From NCBI GenBank assembly GCA_028023455.1, contig JAQFVV010000005.1, positions 20,522,001 through 20,586,000 of the forward strand: DNA of 64,000 bases, given 5' to 3'. This DNA is from Epiperipatus broadwayi. Taxonomy: Eukaryota; Animalia; Onychophora. The notes beneath the pieces are model-generated. The model did not search any database, had not been told where the DNA came from, and worked only from the letters and a program-made list of their open reading frames with translations. This document shows, in pieces, positions 1 through 10,100 of the stretch. Position 1 is the first letter of the stretch. Each line of letters starts with the position of its first letter. The translations under genes were made by a program, and so were the position numbers.

Positions 1-299
1 AATGGGGATGCTTAGCATAGGTTAAAAATAATGTGAATAATATGGCTTGGGAAACCCATTTCTTCCACTTTACCACTGCATTAAATAACACTGGTCAAAT
101 AACAACATTTTTAAACATACTTATCTAAATCCAAATTAACAGTTATCAAGATTTTGTTCAATCTACTTATGTAATCTTCTTTTTTTGGTGATTTGAAAAA
201 GTATTTAGGATTTGTGGGATATTAAATTTACTGTTTAAACAATTTTGCATTAAATAGCATAAGATAATGCTATTTGAATATCAAGAAACATATGATGTT

Positions 300-1140
300 C
301 TTCTGGTCAGTATCCATATTACATACATAGGGTAATAAAATCACATAGATCATTGTGAAGGTATTTTCCAATTTTTTCACCATATTTCAACTAATATAGA
401 AAATTTCTGGAATCATTAGGCAAGTTTAATAATACCTTTTCAGACTATTATTTTCAGATTATTTGAATATAATTCTCTCACCACTTCTATACTCATTGAA
501 TCCAATTGTACAGAATAGATTTCTAAATAAATCACCCAAATAATTCATCCATTTTTGATTTATTCTATTTTGATTGTAAATTGGTTTCTTCATTTTCAAA
601 TGAAAGAATCGGAGTATTTTTCCTTCCACTGAATTGTTTAATTTTCCAATAAACTGGATGCATTCTGTTATCCTTCTGCAAATTTTTAATTTCATGACAA
701 TTACTACCATCACTTTTTTTCTAAAATAATTTACAGTTTAATAATATGATTTTAAAGATCTCTTGTATTTTATCTTTCCTTTTTCAATGATAATATTTTT
801 TACTGCTCAGTTTTTGTCCATATTTGTCTGAAGAATGTCTTCTACTATCCAATATTTTCTTCTTTTTAATTCTGATCTATTTATTAATTTCTCTGTAATC
901 CTAAGAATAATTAGCTTTGATACCTTCTATTCTGAATTTATATATATATATTAGTGATTCATCTAGACTGTGGAATATTTCCCCTTGGCTGCTCTAAAAG
1001 CTAGTCTTCTAGGTTTTTCTCTATTCCATCTTATTTTGTTTATTCTTCTTTTGAATCTTAATTTAGTGTGCCAAATGAATACACAACAGTTCATGGATAA
1101 ACTTTATCATTTAAGATCAGTATCTTTGTCATCATCATCA
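300..1140 (-). mobile_element. Highly decayed non-LTR retrotransposon remnant, RTE-like endonuclease region
   Basis: Minus-strand peptides VVIVMKLK and IGFNEYRSGERIIF resemble the APE-endonuclease motifs (IIMGDFN ... G.FG.G.RN.RGERL.EF) of RTE LINEs. Many stops and frameshifts; boundaries approximate. Confidence 0.3.
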
Positions 1141-3682
1141 CCATCCATCATAGCTATTCTCTAACTCCAAGAAAATTGAATAGAAAATTAAAAATAATAC
1201 ATTAGAGATTAGTTCTGCAATGATTATACTAATCCAATCTGTGAAGCATATATATTTACATATAGAATATGCTTTGTCATAACAACATGAATTCAGTTTA
1301 ATATCTATTCAGATTATTAGAGTTTTTCAGATATTATTATAAACCCCTTTTTTTTTTTTTTATCTACAGAGGCCAACAAGTTTGTCCATTGATTATTTTC
1401 ATATTCAGACCAAATTTACTTGCCAGTTTTTCCACTTGATTGTCATAATGTTGATATTTCAATCTTCCATCACAATTACATTTGTACTTCTTCAAAATTT
1501 CCTACTGTTTATTATGGATAACTTTCAGTTTATCTTTTTTCCATTAAGGCAATTGCTACCCAATTGACAGAAGGTATTGCAAAACAGATTTTCCCTCGGT
1601 GTTTGAATATTTAGAAATGTCCTAAAAAGATTGCCAACAATACACTTTGCCCACCCATTTTTGCCTCAGAGCATATGATATGACCATTTTCATTATAAAA
1701 CTCACTTTTATTTTATTCAACTTACTTCAGATCTCTCTAAAATTTTTATCCGATTTCTTTTTTTGTGTTTTGCACTTTAATTTTTATCATGGTCTTTATA
1801 TCTTATGTTGTTATTTCAAAACAAAAGTTCCATCAGCTAACAATTTGTGAAGCCTTATTTTTTTTACTAATCCATCACCAGGAATAGTCTCAGAGGATAG
1901 AATATAAAAAATGCAAATTCTGTTAAAGAAAGGTTAAACTAAATGATTTAATATTAAAATAAAGCATTAGAGAAGTTTTTTGGGTTTATGAGTGTATCCC
2001 TCATTTTAACTCTTTTGTTTTTATCCATCACCACAGAATTTCAGATCATCCTCTCTCACCATGCATGCATGCATTCTTAATCACCAGGCAGTCATATGTC
2101 AAATATCTGCAACTCCATATTCATGCTGGCAACTTAATATTATTTATATTACATCACTCTCACAAAATGTGAAAAGGTAAATAATCCCTGCACTGTCAAG
2201 ATATTTTTCAAGATTTTTGGTTTTATCAGTACATTCCTCATCTCAACTCTATTATAATCCTAAAACAGAAATCCAAATAACCCCTTTTCATTAAATATCC
2301 ATTTCACAAACAATCTTTAATGATCAGGTGAACTAAACCTGAGATGTGCGAACCGTGGGAAGTTGACCATTCAACGCTTAAACTTTTGGATAATGGTAAG
2401 TTTTTTTGGAAAGAATTTAATTTTTTAAAATAGATAAAAATCTCATGATAATACATTGTTTTTGTATATATATCATTATTATTATTTTTTTTATAAGTAT
2501 ACGATTTTTTTTCAAAAATTTTATTTCAAATCGTATGAGCTTAATATTAAAATATTAGGAAATATAAATCTGTAAATTAATTAAAACTAAAATATTAGAA
2601 AATATAAATTTGTATATTAATTAAAACTACTACCGTTTTGTTATGAATATCTTTATTTACTCGTATTTATAATTTATGTATGGTAAAAACCAAAGGATAG
2701 GTCACATTTTTTTCCGAGGAAAGAGGTCACAAGTATAAAAATATTGTGCACTACTGAACTAAACTTATCATACACATGCCGATGCCACAGCTCAGGACTC
2801 TTCTATTATATCCCTCTCTCGTTATTATTAACAGTTGAATGCACCTTCAAAAATCTAATATTTTAATTTTCTCCAGAAATATCCAACAGCTAGACCAGAC
2901 TATGGGAAGCAGTCCAGCATATAAATCAAATGATCCATTGCTCAGGAATTCGTAATAAATTCTTAACTTATTGAAATCATATAGAAAAGACCCCAGAATG
3001 CAAAAATTGTGGAATAAGATAAACATCCATCCATGCGTATAAAATAAATTTTCTGCTCAAATATAATCTTTTTGTTCATCACTTACGTATATGGGTTTGT
3101 ATGTTTATATACATATTCTTTTTTTTTTATTAAGTGCTACTATATACGCATATGACTCATAATTAAATTGTTCTAGGTGGCCTCCTTTATACAACGGGAA
3201 ATGAAATAAAGTATAAGTATATGCTATTACGTAGTAGAGAAAATTCGCTTCATATTATTAAATAGAGCAGTTTATATTGTCATTAGTAAATTTAAAAAGC
3301 TATTTGCGTTAAACTATTATAACAAAGCCAATAGTTGATTGTGTGAATGACGGAGGCATCAAAATTTATTACTAGTAATTGGTTTAAAACGCTACACTTT
3401 ACAGAGCCATCCATTACAGGCTGGTTTAGGATTTCCCTTACTTTCACATAGATAATTAAAAAAACGGAAGAATAAATGAATAGTAATTAATGATTTACGA
3501 CTTTTAAAATTTACATGTAATTGAATTAAAAGCATCTCAACCTGTCGTAACATTATTCTCATCCTACATTCAACATTTTAGTTATTTTAAATATTAATCA
3601 ATAAGTAGCAGTGAAAATATCTCATACACTTTCTCTCCATATATATATATTAGTAAAATTCAATGGCTAACACAAACTGTGT

Positions 3683-3785
3683 CCTTTTTTTTTTGTATGT
3701 CAAATGCGTTGACCGAGAAGCGAACCCGGGCCAGCTGCTTGGAAGGCAGCTATGCTAACCGCTAGACCACCAACGCTTGACCAAA
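3683..3785 (-). mobile_element. tRNA-Gly(TCC)-derived ~100-bp SINE/retrocopy, copy 1
   Basis: Minus strand reads ttggtcaa + 72-nt tRNA-Gly-like body (3705-3776) + tttgacatac + A10. Flanked by 11-bp TSD acaaactgtgt (3672-3682 / 3786-3796). Confidence 0.9.
3705..3776 (-). tRNA. tRNA-Gly(TCC)-like body; folds as a cloverleaf but is probably a retrocopy
   Basis: GCGTTGGTGGTCTAGCGGTTAGCATAGCTGCCTTCCAAGCAGCTGGCCCGGGTTCGCTTCTCGGTCAACGCA. Acceptor, anticodon (GCTGC/GCAGC) and T stems pair; anticodon TCC at 3741-3743. A58 is replaced by C, and the poly(A) and TSD argue against a functional tRNA gene. Confidence 0.35.
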
Positions 3786-4160
3786 ACAAACTGTGTACTT
3801 TCTTTAAAACAAAACAATGAATTATACGTTAAACCCGTCATCAATCACAGTATTTGCCGCAACTTCGACAAGAACACCTAAAGTATATACATATTAACCG
3901 TCGTTTTAAGAACAGATATTTTCATTCTACTCTAGAGCTAACTATAATATGAAGCCAACAATCGACATTAGACAGTATAATGTTTTAAAACCCCCATCTC
4001 CAGATAAACTGCTTTCTTGTTTTTGCCTTTATCAATGAAGATTGGAATTCAAAGCAGAAACTAATGCATTTGGCAGATATCTTTTACTCCGTTAGACTAT
4101 TCAAGCTAAAGCCTAAAATTAAAAAGAAAATCCTAATGTTTCAAACTCCACTGCATAGTT

Positions 4161-4260
4161 TTTTTTTTTTTTTCATATGTCATAGCATCGGCCGGGACGC
4201 GAACCCACAACCGTCTGCAACCAACTACTTGCTTGCAAGGCGGCTGCGATGACCTCTCGG
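4161..4260 (-). mobile_element. tRNA-Gly-derived SINE, 5'-truncated, TGC anticodon-position variant with ~20-nt insertion
   Basis: Poly(T) 4161-4173, catatgtcata trailer, tRNA-like body with ccttgcaag loop. Perfect 12-bp TSD cactgcatagtt (4149-4160 / 4261-4272). Confidence 0.88.
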
Positions 4261-4379
4261 CACTGCATAGTTGTATGAGAAGTTATGTGATGTTGTTGGT
4301 GTTAGCCATCCTATCTAAAGATTAGAAGTGGTTTCCAATTGTTATGGAACTGATATATCAAAAATATATAGAAATTGAC

Positions 4380-4475
4380 TTTTTTTTTATGTGTCAAAGC
4401 ATCAGCCGGGAAGCAAACCCGGGACAACTGCTTGTAAGGCAGCTGTGCTGACCACTCGACCACCAACACTTGACT
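4380..4475 (-). mobile_element. tRNA-Gly-derived SINE, TAC anticodon-position variant
   Basis: Minus strand gtcaa-GTGTTGGTGGTCGAGTGGTCAGCACAGCTGCCTTACAAGCAGTTGTCCCGGGTTTGCTTCCCGGCTGATGC-tttgacacat-A9. TSD ambiguous (ttgact overlaps the leader). Confidence 0.85.
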
Positions 4476-5270
4476 TGGTGTCTGATCTGTAATAACTATG
4501 CTGAATTGAAATCTTAGATTTTTTTCCAAATTTCAGATTGCTAAAATAGGATATAGGAGTAAAAGTGACTATTAGATATGTAAGTGTCCATTGATTATAT
4601 AAGCTTACAGTGAATGATTCGAGCATACAGTAAGATAACTTGCTTTGGAAGCATATCTGTAAGCACAGGACAGATCATGTAATATTGCAGTTAGTATTAA
4701 TAGTCATAGCAATTACATTTAATAATGACTACATTTACTCTCAGAGACGATTTTTCTCATCTTAAATGAAAACAAAATTAAATTGGAGACACCATTTTTT
4801 CCATTCATTGTAGCAAATCCCTGCTCTGTTTGGTTAATTAAGTCTTTTGCTTAGAATTCATGCCATTTGTTTGAATGTTTCTATATAAACTTTCAAACGT
4901 AATTTATTAGTGTAATTGTTTTTGTTTATTTTTAAAGTGTGTTTTCATTAAATTTATATTATATAAGATGTATAATATGCTTTGATAATAACTACTACAG
5001 AGAAATAAATTAATAATTATTACTAACCATTTATTAAATTAGAGAATATTTCTACCCCAAATTATAAATTTTAAACAAAAGTTTATTTACTTTTAATTAA
5101 ATATAAACCCATGGAATAACTCAAATTCATTCCTCTTTTTTAGTATGCAATATCTTTTTTAAATAGGCTTAAAACTTCCACTCCGCCACACATTAATGAA
5201 AGATACATATATATATACACCAAAATAAAAAATAAAATATGTTAAATAAAATTTAAAAGTATTTTAAATA

Positions 5271-6227
5271 CACCTGGTCTCTTTTTACACGGATTTATTT
5301 AATGCGATTTTGAAGTTACGCAATTCACGTTTCTCTGGAAGTCAAACTCCGATAATGTGCTATTACTTTAAATAATAAATTTTGCGCACTTACATCATAT
5401 TGAAAGTAATAGCACATTATTGGAATTCGAATTTCATCTTAGTAATTTCAATATTTTCAGTGCTTTATAATAGTAAGATTTTATGCAATAATGAAATTAA
5501 AATCATGATTTCCACATTTTATGTATACACACATTAAATTTTACAAGATTATAATGTAACATTGTGCGTGTTAATTTTGCATTTTAAATCACATTCTGTT
5601 TTTGCTTTTTAAAAAAGAACGTAATCAATTATTAATCATTTAGTGTCCGCAAGTTTATTTTTAAAAGGTGAGTAATAGCAGTGGGCACAATTAAAATTGA
5701 AAATTAAAAAATTAAAGACAAAAATAAGAAATTAATTTTTAGTTGTTAGATTAATTACTAATTACGTTGTCACCAGAAAACCATTAACACAACATGAGAG
5801 TGACGTTGGCGCTAGTTGTATTTCCTCTTGTGAAGAATCTGATTTTTTACCAGTTTGCAAACGAACCTGTTTATCAGCAAATAGCGATAATAATTAAAAC
5901 ATGAATAAAAAAATGTAAATTACTGTAAATTATGCATAAAAATATATTGTTTTGAATAAAATTAAATATTATAGTTAAAAAAAAGTTTGTCATGTATCAA
6001 TTTTTTTCAAATTTGAAATTTTTTATTAGTCATATTTTATTTCTTTATTTTTTTTTTTGCACGAATTTTAAAGTAATTTTACGTTGGTGCTTTGCTTTTA
6101 CGTGATTTTTGAAAAATCACAGTTCGTATCCCCCCTTTTTCAAGCTAAATTATGTCTATTTTTGCGTGATTTTGTTTGCGCGTGTTTTCTGAGGAACCTA
6201 TCTATCGCGTAAAACGAGACCCAGGTG
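5271..6227. mobile_element. Non-autonomous TIR DNA transposon (957 bp, TA TSD; Tc1/mariner-type insertion signature)
   Basis: TA|CACCTGGTCTCTTTTTACACG at 5269-5291 and CGCGTAAAACGAGACCCAGGTG|TA at 6206-6229 are imperfect inverted repeats. The interior retains CpGs, has no ORF, and has an internal hairpin at ~5347-5376 / 5397-5426. Confidence 0.8.
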
Positions 6228-6996
6228 TATTATTTTACTGATAGTGATTTAAAGCAGACTTAACATACTTTTATATATTTTCCATCTTGAATCGAAAGTT
6301 TTTAATAAAGATCTGTAAACATGATAACGATAAGTACGAAGGGGTGGTATGATGGTAAATATCATCATCATCCCATTGAATATCATACCATCATCAATTA
6401 ACATTGAATTAATTATACATGGTGAGAATATAATAATATGGATAAATTTATTATTAACAAATGAAATATCATGGGGATATAAATGTCAGTGCGTGCACAT
6501 ATTTACATGCATGCCCATATGGGCAAATCAGTCATTATGTATGAATGGAATGATTTTTTATTAGTTTATTGACAATTAGAATATGTTAATTTTTTATTAT
6601 TATATGGGCACACCTGTGTGCTTATATATATATATGTCATGTAAACTTATATTGATATATCTATAAGTTAGACTGTTACAACATATTTTCTATTTGTAAA
6701 TCAAAATCAGAATGATGTATTTATATTTATAGAATACTTAACAGACCTTTAATTTCATTTTTATTATTATTTCTAATTAAGAAAAGTATCTATCATTGTT
6801 TTAAATTATTCCAGTGAAGTTATCTAATACTAAAATAGATGTAAGTATTATATAATGAATAATAATTCTTAGTGTAAGTTTCACTACACCACTCTCACGA
6901 AAGGTAGGGACTGGTTTCTATCTACTTTTAACACCTTGCGGAGGGATATAATAATAAACATATGACCAAAGATATGTAAAAAAAGTTCTAAGATTC

Positions 6997-7038
6997 CCAA
7001 AATGCACATTTCATGCTGAAACAGCACTCATCAGTTGG
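6997..7038 (-). ncRNA. Minimal type I hammerhead ribozyme motif, related to HHR family 2
   Basis: Minus strand CCAA-CTGATGA-GTGCTG-TTT-CAGCAT-GAAA-TGTGCA-T-T-TTGG: stem I CCAA/TTGG, 6-bp stem II, intact core, near-palindromic stem III ATGTGCAT, NUH = AUU. Confidence 0.8.
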
Positions 7039-9420
7039 TGCAGACCACAGTCTCTTACACATATTTTTATCATTGTTCAGTATATATAGATAGATAGCAA
7101 ATTACTACAGTTTGATTGATATATCAGTTCCTAGGATCCTTGCATCCCAAGCTAGGGACAATAATGGTTAGTTCATATAAATGTAGGAGTATATGTTCAA
7201 CAAATGGCACAAAAATAAAGGTCATCTTTAAAGTTCACTAACTTTATGACATATATTTTATTGATAGCCGTATGTTCAAAGTACCAGTTGGTCACTAGAA
7301 TTGGGGATGATCAGCATTGATATCTTGATCTCAGCATTTTTATGTGTATTATTGTAACTTTGACACTTAAATATGTGCATGCAACTAATTGCTTTTATAT
7401 TATGATCTAAGTTTGGGAGAAGATAATTAACCTAGATTTAATCAAATATATCACTTCTAAATCCACTCTCAAAGGATGCCTGTTGATTTGATTTATGCTG
7501 TTGATGTATATAATTATTAGTATAATTACTTATATTTTATTCCTTGCCGATCTCATGCTCCTTTTATATTTGTTAATTTAATGTTAATTGATGATAATTG
7601 TGATATTCAGTGGGATGATGATGATATTAGCCATCAGCCCATGCTATCTCCTTTTATGCATTATTACAATATTTGAAAATTTTTATTTAATCAAAAAATA
7701 ATTACTATATAATAAATACTATTTTAAAAGTTGAAAATAAGTATTTATTTGATTATATTAAATTTTATTCAAAAAACTGCAAAGTGCAGCTTGAAAGTGA
7801 TTACATTTTAGTTGTGTAAATATACCAAATGAAAGTTTATTAAACATATTTCATTTATTTGCTAGTACTAGTGATTCCATCTATTGACACACAACTATCC
7901 TTTACAAGTAATAATTATGAAAATAATATCAGATGCTTATAAAATATAACAGAGTTGTACACAAGTCATAGAGCATAAGAATATTTAAAATAATAAAGAA
8001 TGCCACCTTAATGTAGTGCAAGGCAAAAGGGTTAAATCCATTATTTCTTAATTTTTCTAATAAAGTATTATTCATGATTTTATATGGTAAAAAATACATT
8101 TTATGGTTTTATTTTTCCTAAAAAGAATTATATTTATTAATTCTTTTAAAAAATAGATTTATTGTCAATTCTGTTATTTTAAAAAAGTTTAAAAAGTCTT
8201 TTTTAAATTAAGAAAATTATTTAGTTTTTTTTTAAAAATATTAGTATAATGGTTTTTTCATAGTAATTTGAAAAGATGAAAATAATTTACTTCTTCTCTT
8301 GACTATGCTAGCGCCACCTATTATAGGTTTTAATAATTAATAGTTATCAGAAGGCAATGCATTCACCACACCTAGATCATTTCTGAATTTTGCTTTAAAT
8401 AATAAAAATATGGTATTGAAGCAGGAAACGTGGAAGTTATGCATCTGGAAGCCATACTTAACTACATTTTATTATCAATTTAATAGACTAATTAAAAAAA
8501 CCCCAAAAGATTTGACTCCAAACTAATATGCTTGCTTGCCAAGCCAAAAAGGGCCAATTTAATCCTCATTCAGAGATGTACTATGTAGCTAGTAAACACT
8601 GATTATTCAAATTTACAATAGAGAGTGTTAGAGAAGATGAGACAGTTCTTGTTTATACTGTAATAAATGGAAACAATCAAGTGATATTGTGTTGAAAATA
8701 CATTGTGTCTTATTATGCAAATTTATTGTATATGTATGTTTTAGTCTTCTGTGCCACTCTGCCCGATCCTAATTTTTTCTTTTCAAATAAAGATTTTAGC
8801 TAATGTTGAAAAATCAGTTTGTATGTCAGAGTTTCTAGACGGCCAAATCCTTTTATAGTCCAACTTAAAATATCTGATCATCAAATATCTCAATCTAAAT
8901 ATATATATATATAGATGAAGGGACCTGATATATTCATACCAATTGCTAAAATTTAAAAAACTTTTATAAAAATCATTAAAAATTATAATAAATGAAATTC
9001 TAATATTATATGAAAGAATTTTTATTATTTTAGTTGCATTACTGTAAACATACATTATGTATTAAGATAATACTTGATTTTTCTCAAAGCTTCATTGGTT
9101 TATAAATATAAATAAACTGAAATTAGCCCATGCTTAGCAATACTGACAATCTTTAACCTACTGCCAAGGTAGTGTTTTATGTTTAAGAAGAAGGTGATAC
9201 CAACTTCTTCTTTGGTCTAAGATGTTAATATAGACACTAAAGATTGATACTTGGATTATAATAGATTGAGATTTTTAATTTATAGAAGTTTAAATAAACT
9301 ACATTAAACAAGCAAACGCTTATGCATAAAAGATTTCCTTGATATCAGATTAAAGATTGTTGGTATTGATAAGTGTGACCGTATCATCTGATCTTATGTA
9401 TTGCACACGATATATATATA

Positions 9421-9442
9421 CATACATACATACATACATACA

Positions 9443-9470
<28 letters not shown>
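9421..9470. repeat. (CATA)n microsatellite flanked by (TA)n
   Basis: About 12 perfect CATA units. Confidence 0.95.
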
Positions 9471-9477
<7 letters not shown>

Positions 9478-10100
9478 GAAGGGAATGATCCTTGGAATGA
9501 TCCTTGAAATGACTATAAAAATGGTTAAAATGTAAATGAGAGATTATAATGCAGAGTGCATAAAAATGTAAAACAAACGCTTTATATAGTAAACCAAGAT
9601 TTGGAATAAACATAAACAAAGTGTGCAGTGTATTTTATATATTAAAACTGCTCCACATATGGAGCAAGATTGCAGTGCTATGTATTATTTTCCAAAGACA
9701 ATCATTAAATTTAAAATAAAACGAAAACTATAAAATTATACATTTAACGGCACAAATTGATATCTTTATATTTTCATTTTGATTTTAAAGTCATTTTTGA
9801 CATGGACACATAAAGCACATGTCAGCCATGGCTAACTGAACAGACTTGGAACTAGGTTAAATTAGGGCCATGCCTTGCCTAGTGTAGTGCATACCTTATA
9901 TACTAAATAAATCGATATGTTAGTGACTAGAAATTATAAGAGCCCAAACAACCATAAAATATCAGGATGATAAATCCTAGGAAATGAACATCGCTAAGGC
10001 TGAACAAATTAATAGAAGTTTAGGAAAACACAGAAGGGAAAGTGACCACCCTACAAGTGGTATGCCATGCAAAACAAGAAGTAATCATATATATATATAT

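Noticed and set aside
3705-3776. Functional tRNA-Gly(TCC) gene
   Set aside because: It has a poly(A) tail and TSD instead of a T-run terminator, A58 is C, and the flanks are shared with decayed dispersed copies.
8300-8320. CTCF-like motifs (also ~13555 in the LTR, 29885, 46495)
   Set aside because: Short partial matches with no independent support.
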